This document shows positions 55,881-64,000 of a stretch of 64,000 nucleotides of DNA, one piece after another; within the stretch, counting starts at the first letter, position 1, and each line of letters begins with the position of its first letter. The notes beneath the pieces are model-generated. The model saw only the letters and a program-made list of their open reading frames with translations. It was not told the origin of the DNA and ran no database searches. The translations under genes and the position numbers were made by a program. This stretch comes from a bacterium (lineage in GTDB: Bacteria > Electryoneota > Electryoneia > Electryoneales > Electryoneaceae): NCBI GenBank assembly GCA_963675295.2, contig CAXXKJ010000002.1, forward strand, positions 1,952,001-2,016,000, in the 5' to 3' direction.

Positions 55881-57323
55881 ATGAACAGTACGCTGACGCG
55901 CACCGAAGATCTCGAGCAGTTGCTGGACATGTTGCGGACGCACCGTGCGCGGCTGGCGGACACGGGGCAGGTGGAAAATCCGGCGGATCTGGCGGTTTTT
56001 CTCGCCGCGCTGGATGATCGCCTGTCGCAGCTCGTGCTCAGCCTGAACAAGAGCCTCGAGTTCGAGCTGTTGCGGAAAACCGCGCTGCTGCTTGCCCGTG
56101 CAGTTGAGCAGGAAGAAGTACTCGAGGCGATGCTGGATGGTTTGAAGCAGGTCCTGCGCTACGACGCCGGTGGGATTTACCTCGTCGATTCGAACCCGCC
56201 GAAGGTGGATCCGGACGACGAGAACAGCGCCCCGGCACCGCAGGACGGTATTGAGCTGAGCGCGTTGCTGGTGCGTGGGTACGACGAGGAAGAACACCGC
56301 AAGTTCAAGCAGAAGTTGAATGAGGGCATTGTCGGCTGGGTGATTGCCAACGGCAAGCCGCAGGTCGTCAATGAAACTCAGAAAGATAGCCGTTACATCG
56401 AACTTCGGCGTGAAACGCGGAGTGAAATAGCTGTACCGATCATCACTCGCGACACGGTGATCGGCGCGATCAACCTGGAGGCGGATCGCGTCGCGGCGTT
56501 TCCGGAGGAAAGCCTCAGCCTGCTGGAGAATTTGTCCAGTTATGCGACAGTCGCCTTGGAACGGGCGAAGATTCACCGGCAGTTAATGGAGGCGCGCGGG
56601 GTTGAACGCGAGCTTGAAATTGCTCGTGAGATTCAGAACAAGCTGTTGCCGGTAGAGCTGCCGAAGCTGCCAGACTTCGAGCTTGCCGGGCTGAATGTCC
56701 CGTCTGAGTTGGTCGGTGGCGATTATTTCGATTTCATCCCGCTCACCGACAAGGACATCGGGATTGTGGTCGCGGATGTGGCTGGCAAAGGATTTGCAGC
56801 TGGACTTGTGATGGCCAGTTTGCGCTCCGCGTTGCGCATGAGAGTGGAAACGACGTACAGCATTCGTACAGTCATGGGTATCATAAACCGGTTTCTGTAC
56901 GATTCGACTGGTCCGGAACGATACGTTACCACGTTTTACGGAGTTCTGGACTCCCTGACCGGCCGGTTTACGTATGTGAACGCCGGTCATAATGCGCCGA
57001 TCCTGGTCCATGCGGACAAACGTGTGGCGCAGTTGACAACCGGTGGCCCGCTGCTTGGAGTGATCCGCGAAGCCGAATATGCCGAAGCGATCGCCGAACT
57101 CGAGCCGGGCTCGTTGCTGATCCTGTACACGGACGGCATCGTCGAAGCCGGTGGAGATCACGGAGAAGAATTCGGAGAAGATCGTATCGTCCAGCTCGCG
57201 CTCGCAAACAAGGACAAACCGGCGGAGGATATCGCCAGGACGATTGAACGGGCGGCAGTAAAGTTTCATGGCAACGCCAGCCCGATAGACGACCGAACCG
57301 TACTGGTGGTGAAGCATCTATGA
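55881..57323 (+). CDS. GAF plus SpoIIE/PP2C phosphatase (RsbU-like)
   Basis: GAF (EGIVGWVI, SEIAVPI); VGGDYFD, ADVAGKG, NAGH, YTDGIVE and DDRT motifs. Confidence 0.93.
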   Translation: MNSTLTRTEDLEQLLDMLRTHRARLADTGQVENPADLAVFLAALDDRLSQLVLSLNKSLEFELLRKTALLLARAVEQEEVLEAMLDGLKQVLRYDAGGIYLVDSNPPKVDPDDENSAPAPQDGIELSALLVRGYDEEEHRKFKQKLNEGIVGWVIANGKPQVVNETQKDSRYIELRRETRSEIAVPIITRDTVIGAINLEADRVAAFPEESLSLLENLSSYATVALERAKIHRQLMEARGVERELEIAREIQNKLLPVELPKLPDFELAGLNVPSELVGGDYFDFIPLTDKDIGIVVADVAGKGFAAGLVMASLRSALRMRVETTYSIRTVMGIINRFLYDSTGPERYVTTFYGVLDSLTGRFTYVNAGHNAPILVHADKRVAQLTTGGPLLGVIREAEYAEAIAELEPGSLLILYTDGIVEAGGDHGEEFGEDRIVQLALANKDKPAEDIARTIERAAVKFHGNASPIDDRTVLVVKHL

Positions 57324-57745
57324 ACGCTGAAACGAAACTGATCATCCCCTCCGATCCCGCCCGGCTGGAAGAGGTGGATACGTTTGCGGAACGCTGGATG
57401 GACGGGATGCCGTTTTCCGAGGACCAGCGATACGACATCGCCATCTCGCTGTCAGAGGCGGTGAACAACGCCATCGAACATGGCAACGCCGGCGACTCGA
57501 CAAAGAAGGTCACCATCATCCTCACTCGCATGGACGGCGGGATTCACATCAAGGTCAGCGACGAAGGCGGTGGCTTCAATCCCAGCTTGGTTAAGGATCC
57601 GACAGACCCCGAGAACCTGCTCTCCGAATCCGGCCGAGGATTGTTGATCATCAGTCACCTGATGGACGAAGTCAAAGTCGAACCCTGCAAGGCCGGCACC
57701 TGTATCGAACTGGTCAAGCGGTTCAGCTCGAGCAAGGCCAGCTGA
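57320..57745 (+). CDS. Anti-sigma factor/Ser kinase (RsbW-like)
   Basis: SEAVNNAIEHGN, DEGGGF and GRGLLII..LMD motifs; ATGA overlap. Confidence 0.93.
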   Translation: MNAETKLIIPSDPARLEEVDTFAERWMDGMPFSEDQRYDIAISLSEAVNNAIEHGNAGDSTKKVTIILTRMDGGIHIKVSDEGGGFNPSLVKDPTDPENLLSESGRGLLIISHLMDEVKVEPCKAGTCIELVKRFSSSKAS

Positions 57746-57865
57746 CCTGACGACTTGAGCTTTTCTAAGACCTGGACTCTCTCACGTTTTCTACCGTCAC
57801 CCCTCTCTCAGCCGTACCTTCCTGACCGTTCCAGCTTTCGTAAACCCTGACCCTGAGTGTGTAGC

Positions 57866-58594
57866 ATGAATGTCCTTGGCCGGAAACCGGTGCTTGAACT
57901 GTTGCAGTCAGATCGTCCCGTCAAACGGGTCACCATCGTGCTCGGCACGCAGGGCCGCATCATCGGCGAGATCATCAAGGCCGCGAAGGCGAAGAATGTC
58001 CGCGTCGACCGCATCCCGTCGGAACGGGCGAAGCAGGTTATCGGCCCCGGCAACCATCAGGGTGTGATGGCTGAGGTGTCGCCGGTGACGTTTCACACGC
58101 TCAACGACCTCAACGATACCATCCCGATCACCCATGGCCTGATTGTCGCGCTGGACGGCGTCACCGATCCGCACCACCTCGGCGCGATCGCGCGAAGTGC
58201 GCTGGCGGCTGGCTGCGACGCGATCCTGCTCCCGGAACGGCGTGGAGCGACCCCCAACGATACCGCGCTGAAGGCGTCCGCCGGGACGATGCTGCGGCTG
58301 CCGGTGATCGTCGAGACCAACTTATCGCGTGCCATCGAGCTGCTGAAGAAGGACGGCTGGTGGGTGCATGGCACGACAGGTGCCGAAGGGTCGAACCTGT
58401 GGGATCACACCTGGGACGAGATGACGGTGCTTGTCATCGGCAGCGAGGGGGAGGGGATCTCCCCGCGCGTGCTCAGCTTCTGCGATCACCAGGTGCGCAT
58501 TCCGATGGCGGCGGACGTGGAATCGTTGTCGGCGTCCGCCGCAGCCTCGGTGATCCTGTTCGACATTGCACGCAAACGCGGGCTCGAGGGCTGA
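57866..58594 (+). CDS. rlmB: 23S rRNA Gm2251 methyltransferase (SpoU family)
   Basis: NHQGV, LDGVTDPHHLGAIARS, KASAG, IGSEGEG and IPM...ESLS motifs. Confidence 0.92.
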   Translation: MNVLGRKPVLELLQSDRPVKRVTIVLGTQGRIIGEIIKAAKAKNVRVDRIPSERAKQVIGPGNHQGVMAEVSPVTFHTLNDLNDTIPITHGLIVALDGVTDPHHLGAIARSALAAGCDAILLPERRGATPNDTALKASAGTMLRLPVIVETNLSRAIELLKKDGWWVHGTTGAEGSNLWDHTWDEMTVLVIGSEGEGISPRVLSFCDHQVRIPMAADVESLSASAAASVILFDIARKRGLEG

Positions 58595-58619
58595 ACCCGG
58601 CCGCGAATCCTGGAGGGTT

Positions 58620-59099
58620 TTATCCGGACAGCGGGTTCTCGTGATCGGACCCGAGCTCGAAGCGTCCGCTTCCCGGGTCGCGTTCCCGTTGCACCAACGG
58701 CAGCAGGCGTGAGTCGGCCAGCGCCGCGGTACGGTGGGCGAGCGCACTGAGACTGCTTTCCTCGCTGGCGAACTGCAGGAAGGTCCGCAGCGACGTCTGC
58801 CGCACCAGCATCACGCAATCCCACCGCTCGTCCGACGGTCCGATCAGGAACTTCCCGGCATTCCCCAGCAGCAGCACATCTCCACCACTGCGCCGCAGCA
58901 ATGGCAACATCTCATCCATGTACCGCTGGTAGGCTTCACGCCCGGAGATGGCAGGTTCAGGTGCCTGGTCCGGAGTCGCGGAGTAGTCGGCGATCTCGCG
59001 GAAACGCAGCAGGTTCAGCATCACCACCTCGCCGTCATACGGCCGCGAGAACAGGTCGCGCCCGGCTTCCTCGGTGACGTTCAGGTAGGTCTGGCTCAT
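58620..59099 (-). CDS. DUF1330-like protein
   Basis: VVMLNLLRFR..A.Y, SGREAY.RY, LIGP..E.WD and HRTAAL.DSRLL motifs. Confidence 0.8.
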   Translation of the reverse strand: MSQTYLNVTEEAGRDLFSRPYDGEVVMLNLLRFREIADYSATPDQAPEPAISGREAYQRYMDEMLPLLRRSGGDVLLLGNAGKFLIGPSDERWDCVMLVRQTSLRTFLQFASEESSLSALAHRTAALADSRLLPLVQRERDPGSGRFELGSDHENPLSG

Positions 59100-59521
59100 C
59101 GCGCACCTCCCGGCAGATGATTCAGCAGCTCGGAAAGCGTCGCCTTGCCGTCATCTCCGAGGGGTGCGAACAACCGTTCGGCGCTGTCCGCGAGGGTCTC
59201 GTTCGCTTCCGCAAGGATGCGGGCTCCGGCCTCGGTCAGTTTAACCAGGCTGACGCGTGCATCACGGGGATGCTCCTCTTTCGCGACCAAGCCGATTTTT
59301 TCCATCGGATTCAGCATACGGGTGATGCCGGACGCGGTCAGGCCGGTCTGATCCGCAAGGTCGATCCGGCGCAGGGTGTGGTTCGGTGCCTGCTCGAGCA
59401 GGTCCAGCACCGCGATTTCACTCAGGCTGATGCCGTGCGCGCTGAGGCTGCCGTTGACACGTTTCACCAGCTGGGCGTGCAGGGAGGTCAGGCGTAACAA
59501 CAGGTCTTTTTCCTGGGACAT
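59096..59521 (-). CDS. MarR-family transcriptional regulator
   Basis: LRRIDLA...LTASGITRML...DARVSLVKLTEAG; ATGA overlap with the DUF1330 gene. Confidence 0.92.
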   Translation of the reverse strand: MSQEKDLLLRLTSLHAQLVKRVNGSLSAHGISLSEIAVLDLLEQAPNHTLRRIDLADQTGLTASGITRMLNPMEKIGLVAKEEHPRDARVSLVKLTEAGARILAEANETLADSAERLFAPLGDDGKATLSELLNHLPGGAR

Positions 59522-59541
59522 GTGTTTCTCTTGTTAGATTG

Positions 59542-59581
59542 TTGAGTGATCAAGTATACTGCAAACATTTCTGTTGTGCAA
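59542..59581 (-). promoter_or_regulatory. marR promoter with overlapping operator-like palindrome
   Basis: Minus strand TTGCAC-N17-TATACT followed by TTGA-N4-TCAA (59542-59553). Confidence 0.65.
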
Positions 59582-59707
59582 CGGGCGCTATTATGAAGGC
59601 GAGACAAGTTCTGCCGGTTGTGATGGGATGATACCTTGGGCTGTTGGAGCCGATGGCGGATGACTCTTTCCTCATGACCGCTCCCGGACCACGGTCCGGT
59701 CCGTGCG

Positions 59708-59736
59708 TTGACTGCTGGGGGGTGTCCGGTTAACTT
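59708..59736 (+). promoter_or_regulatory. Putative sigma70 promoter of the M23-bactofilin-atp cluster
   Basis: TTGACT-N17-TAACTT. Confidence 0.55.
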
Positions 59737-59769
59737 CCTAATCTATCTCGAGATTGATACAGGATTCGT

Positions 59770-60633
59770 GTGAACCAGAAACATCAGATCATCTGGTACT
59801 GGCCGGGCAAGGTGCAGCCGCGGGAGTTCCGGTTCAAGCCAGCAACGTTTTACGTGCTTGTGTTTGTGCCGGTTGTGTTCACGGCGATGTTCGTGCTCGC
59901 GGTCATCCTGTTTGTCTCCTTCAGCCTCAAGTCCAACGAATTCCAGACGATTCAGGAAGAGAACCGCGTGTTGCGCAGCCAGCTCGGGCGGGTGTTTGAG
60001 CTGGAGCGTCAACTCAGCGAAATGGAACGGTTCCAGGATCAGGTCCGTCGCGGGTTGACCGAAGGCGTCGACATGCAGCGGATCATGGAAGCGGGCGAGG
60101 CGGTGGAGTGGGAGAATCCGCCGATGCAGCCGGAGGCGGAGGAGTGGGTTCCGGTGAACGAGTCGTCGGCGTCCAGCGGTCCGGAACTGTTGGACCTGTC
60201 ATCGCTTAACGAACCCGGTTTCGGTGTCGTCTTGCCGGAGCAATGGCCGTTGGACGGGTTCATCACACGCAACTACGAGTTTTCCAGCATCGATCCGGGC
60301 CGCAGCCATGTCGGCATCGACATCGCGGTACCGCGGGGCACGCCGGTGCATGCGGTGGCGGACGGGACGGTGATTTCCGCGGAATGGAACCCGCGTTATG
60401 GCCATCGGGTGATGGTGGACCATGGCGGCGGGATGATCAGTATGTACGGGCACAACGAATTGTTGCTGGTGGAAACGGGTGACCGGATTACGTCCGGTGA
60501 ACCGATCGCGTTGTCCGGGAATTCGGGAATCAGCACGGCGCCGCATCTCCATTTCGAGATCTGGTTGAACGGGAGAGCGGTTGATCCTCGCGCGTTGCTT
60601 CCACAACGAGGAGAGCACAGTGAAGAAGGGTGA
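59770..60633 (+). CDS. M23 family metallopeptidase with N-terminal TM and coiled coil
   Basis: HVGID, YGHN and STAPHLHFE motifs. Confidence 0.93.
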   Translation: MNQKHQIIWYWPGKVQPREFRFKPATFYVLVFVPVVFTAMFVLAVILFVSFSLKSNEFQTIQEENRVLRSQLGRVFELERQLSEMERFQDQVRRGLTEGVDMQRIMEAGEAVEWENPPMQPEAEEWVPVNESSASSGPELLDLSSLNEPGFGVVLPEQWPLDGFITRNYEFSSIDPGRSHVGIDIAVPRGTPVHAVADGTVISAEWNPRYGHRVMVDHGGGMISMYGHNELLLVETGDRITSGEPIALSGNSGISTAPHLHFEIWLNGRAVDPRALLPQRGEHSEEG

Positions 60634-61123
60634 GCAGAAATATTCGGACAGCCTAACATCAATTCTGGGCGGGGATGCACGGTTTGAGGGGACGCTGGAT
60701 TTGAAGGGCTCCCTTCGCATTGACGGATCGTTCCGTGGAACTCTAACTTGCGGCGGATCGGTTACGATCGGTGGAGATGGCTCTTTCCACGGCGAGATCA
60801 GGGCGGAGGAAGTGATCCTCGGCGGGCAGATCACCGGCCGGGTGCTCGCGCGCAAGCTGATGGTGTTGGAAGCAACCAGCAAGCTTGAAGGCGAGTTGGC
60901 CTGCGGCACGCTGCATGTGAACGAAGGTGCGGTGTTTAACGGCACAAGTGTGATGGGCGAACGTGCCGTTGAGGAGTTGTTCAACGAACCGTTGAAGCAG
61001 CTGGAAGCGTCCGACGTCCCGGTTTATGATGACGAATCCGATGACGAGCTGGATGGGGAGCCGGTCCGTGACCGGACCGGGAACGGATTCCACTTCTCGG
61101 ATTCGGAATCAAGTTCATCCTGA
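60620..61123 (+). CDS. Bactofilin (polymer-forming cytoskeletal protein)
   Basis: SLRIDGSFRG, GEIRA and EGAVFNG motifs; paired with the M23 peptidase. Confidence 0.92.
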   Translation: MKKGEQKYSDSLTSILGGDARFEGTLDLKGSLRIDGSFRGTLTCGGSVTIGGDGSFHGEIRAEEVILGGQITGRVLARKLMVLEATSKLEGELACGTLHVNEGAVFNGTSVMGERAVEELFNEPLKQLEASDVPVYDDESDDELDGEPVRDRTGNGFHFSDSESSSS

Positions 61124-61147
61124 TCTTCTGCTTTGTGGCGGGACCGG

Positions 61148-61426
61148 ATGCAGTTGTTCAAACGATCGGAATCGAAACCCAGGTACGGGGGTTGGATTGA
61201 CCTGGGTATTCAGGCGGGGCTGACCCTGGCCTTGTCTGTTGTGTTGTTGACACTCGGCGGCCGATGGCTTGATACACAGTTGGGCACATCGCCGCTGTTC
61301 CTTATTGTCGGAGCGCTCTGGGGGGCAGGCGGGGGGACCTGGTGGATGATTCTCCGTGTCAAGCAGTATTCCGACAGCGAAGAAAAACGGGCACAATCGG
61401 GCGACGATGAGGGAGGTCGTGGCTGA
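61148..61426 (+). CDS. AtpZ/AtpI-family small membrane protein
   Basis: GRWLD..LGTSPLFLIVG motif; first gene of the atp operon. Confidence 0.85.
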   Translation: MQLFKRSESKPRYGGWIDLGIQAGLTLALSVVLLTLGGRWLDTQLGTSPLFLIVGALWGAGGGTWWMILRVKQYSDSEEKRAQSGDDEGGRG

Positions 61427-61520
61427 TTGACCGGCATCAACCGAGGCTCAGAGCGGAGGTTGCCGTTCGGTCATTCTCGAAATACCTTCCTTCGCAACCG
61501 GTCAGGCCACTCGGATTGAC

Positions 61521-61856
61521 ATGCTCCTGATCAAGATTCTTTACTTCGTAGCCGCCAGTGCCGTGATGGGCGGCTTGGGTGTATTCCTCATGATTCCCCC
61601 GATTCGCAGGGGAGATCGTGAAGGATTGCTCGTTCGGATGATGGTTGGGTTTGTTGGCAAGCTGCTGGTTGGTGTTGGGCTGCTGTTGCTGGCGTGGAAA
61701 GGGTTTGGCTGGTCGCCGAACCACAGCGCATTCGGGATGGTGGGCGCGTATATCGTTGCGCTACTGGTGATCCTGATGACCGCATCCAGCGCGGTGAAAC
61801 ACCTTTCGGCAAAACAACAGGCAGCCTCGCAACAAGAGCAAGAGGGAGAGGGATGA
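61521..61856 (+). CDS. atpI: ATP synthase protein I-like membrane protein
   Basis: Three to four hydrophobic segments; ATGA overlap with atpB; start uncertain. Confidence 0.6.
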   Translation: MLLIKILYFVAASAVMGGLGVFLMIPPIRRGDREGLLVRMMVGFVGKLLVGVGLLLLAWKGFGWSPNHSAFGMVGAYIVALLVILMTASSAVKHLSAKQQAASQQEQEGEG

Positions 61857-62899
61857 TGCGGCGTTGGTTGGCGTACCTGGTGATGAGCGTGGCGGTGCTG
61901 ACACTGCTCGCGCTGCCGGTGGCCGCCCAGCATGGGCACGAACAATCTCACGGCGACTCCCACGAAGCTGTCGCGCAGCCCCATGAAGGACACGGAGAAG
62001 AAGCCGCTGTCCAGCATGAGGAGGCTCACGACACGCACGCGATGGCGCATGATGAGCACGCGGTTGCTCATGATGAGCATGCGGCGGACGGTGAGCATGG
62101 CGGCGGCGGTGTGATGGGCTACCTGTCGCACCACTTGCTGGATGCGCGCAAGTACGACATTTTTGGCTACTCGATTGATCTCCCGGTGATCCCGGGTGAT
62201 TTCTCTTTCCTCGGTCCGCAGTACGCGGAAGGCTTCCCGATCACGAAACATATGATCGGTTTCGCGCTGGCGGCGATCCTGGTGTTGCTGCTGGTGACGG
62301 GTACCATGGGCCGCACGCGCAAGGGCCAGGTGCCGAAGGGCTTCGGCAATTTTCTTGAAGTGCTCGTGATCTTCATCCGTGACGAGGTGGTGTATGCAAA
62401 CCTCGGCAAGGAGCACGGGCGCAAGTGGTTGCCGTTCTTCCTGACGTTGTTCTTCCTCATTCTCTTCGCGAATCTGCTCGGCATGGTGCCGTGGGGAACG
62501 TCCGCGACGGGGAATGTGAACTTTACCGCCGGGTTGGCGATTGCGAACCTGCTGGCGGTGATTCTTGCCGGCATCATGGCGCACGGGTTCAAGTACCTCG
62601 GCACATTCATTCCGCACGGGGTCCCGATTTTTGTCGCGCCGATTCTGTTTCCGATTGAAGTGTTCGGTTTGTTCGTCAAGCACTTCGCGTTGACGATTCG
62701 TTTGTTCGCGAACATGCTGGCGGGACACACGGTGATTGGCGTGTTCCTCGCGTTGATCGCGATGCCGTTGATCGCGCTGGCCTCGGTGCCGGGTGCGACG
62801 ATGATCAGTGTGTTGGAACTGTTTGTCGCGTTCCTGCAAGCGTATGTTTTTGTGATGCTTGGCAGCATTTTCGTGGGCATGTCGATCCACGCACATTAG
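61853..62899 (+). CDS. atpB: F0 subunit a with signal peptide and His-rich N-terminal extension
   Basis: NLLGMVP, TIRLFANMLAGH and ELFVAFLQAYVF motifs. Confidence 0.97.
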   Translation: MMRRWLAYLVMSVAVLTLLALPVAAQHGHEQSHGDSHEAVAQPHEGHGEEAAVQHEEAHDTHAMAHDEHAVAHDEHAADGEHGGGGVMGYLSHHLLDARKYDIFGYSIDLPVIPGDFSFLGPQYAEGFPITKHMIGFALAAILVLLLVTGTMGRTRKGQVPKGFGNFLEVLVIFIRDEVVYANLGKEHGRKWLPFFLTLFFLILFANLLGMVPWGTSATGNVNFTAGLAIANLLAVILAGIMAHGFKYLGTFIPHGVPIFVAPILFPIEVFGLFVKHFALTIRLFANMLAGHTVIGVFLALIAMPLIALASVPGATMISVLELFVAFLQAYVFVMLGSIFVGMSIHAH

Positions 62900-63060
62900 T
62901 ACTTCTCAGTTGGTGGTTCTGGAGGTGAAGGGGCTCGCGTGCCGGTGGCACTTGCGAAATTCTGACACTATCTTTCGGGCCACTACGTGAAGAGATCGCA
63001 CATTCTTTCACATTCGTAGAACGTGGTTTTTGTTTACGTTGAATTGGGCTTCGTCGTTAA

Positions 63061-63345
<285 letters not shown>

Positions 63346-63371
63346 GTTTCAACCGGAAGCGAGGAGTCAAG

Positions 63372-63947
63372 ATGAGGACGCGACTATCCCTCGTCGCTCC
63401 CGCGCTGCTCCTGGGCGCCGTATCCGTGCAGGCGAGCGAAGCGGAAGGGTTGGGAAGCCTGGTTAGCCTGGCTCCCGGCAGCATTCTGTACACGCTGATC
63501 ACATTCTTACTGTTGTTGATCATCCTGTGGAAGTTCGCCTGGGGTCCGATCGTTAAGGGTTTGGAAGCGCGCGAGGAGAGTATCCAGGGCGCGATTGACC
63601 AGGCCAGGAAAGATCAGGACGAAGCGGCACGGTTGCTTGGCGAGTACGAGGCGAAGCTGAAGACGGCGTCGGCGGAGATTTCGGACCGTCTGAATCGCGC
63701 GGAGAAGGATGCGCAGCAGACGATCGAAACGGCGAAGCAGCAGGCGCGTGATGAGGCCGAGAAACTTCGGGAGCAGGCGAAGCAGGAAATCGAAGCCTCG
63801 AAGGACAAGGTGGCCGCGGAGTTGCGTTCGGAAATGGCGAAGCTCGCCAGCCAGGTTGCTGCGGCAGCCATCGGCGAGAGCTTTGACCGTGACGATCAGC
63901 TTCGCATCATCCAGAAGCGTCTTGAACAGGTGGAGAGCGCCTCGTGA
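63372..63947 (+). CDS. atpF: F0 subunit b
   Basis: TM followed by WGPI..GL..RE..I and a coiled coil. Confidence 0.95.
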   Translation: MRTRLSLVAPALLLGAVSVQASEAEGLGSLVSLAPGSILYTLITFLLLLIILWKFAWGPIVKGLEAREESIQGAIDQARKDQDEAARLLGEYEAKLKTASAEISDRLNRAEKDAQQTIETAKQQARDEAEKLREQAKQEIEASKDKVAAELRSEMAKLASQVAAAAIGESFDRDDQLRIIQKRLEQVESAS

Positions 63948-64000
63948 GCGATCCGAAGCTGGGACGCCGGTACGCGCAAGCGTTATTCAACGCCGCCAAA
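63944..64000 (+). CDS. atpH: F1 subunit delta, 5-prime fragment
   Basis: GTG overlapping the atpF stop; MSDPKLGRRYAQALFNAAK. Confidence 0.85.
   Translation, partial: MSDPKLGRRYAQALFNAAK

Overview
GC-rich, gene-dense chromosomal core region of a diderm bacterium. It is most likely an FCB-superphylum lineage outside Bacteroidota; this is inferred from T9SS-like C-terminal domains, a Bat operon and a DDQVH-type dihydroorotase. All genes from 1 to 33.5 kb lie on the minus strand: FG-GAP proteins, a lamin-tail protein, ddl, a membrane PP2C, an IspF homologue, HAD, SDR, a TPR/DUF3108 protein, a TRAP/TPAT transporter, tandem ThyX, a PilZ/REC-like protein, the moxR-bat operon and pyrC. Nearly all genes from 33.6 to 64 kb lie on the plus strand: an OMP, thrS, tdh, yceD-rpmF-plsX-fabH-fabD-fabG-acpP-fabF-rnc, an acyl-CoA dehydrogenase, asd, an Rsb-like module, rlmB and M23-bactofilin-atp; glnE and marR/DUF1330 are on the minus strand. 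I found no tRNA, rRNA, CRISPR array, integrase or transposase. The most notable observations are: (1) a cluster of six co-oriented DnaA boxes around an AT-rich stretch between batD and batE, an oriC candidate with no dnaA in the window; (2) an intact IspF homologue lacking most catalytic and Zn ligands, next to a membrane PP2C; (3) a free-standing ~140-nt structured RNA candidate with its own sigma70 promoter, operator-like palindrome and terminal hairpin; (4) a second ~190-nt structured RNA candidate upstream of thrS; (5) a TPAT transporter coupled to a TPR-DUF3108 protein; (6) several REP-like palindromes and complementary heptamer arrays. All calls come from reading motifs by eye; no database search was run.
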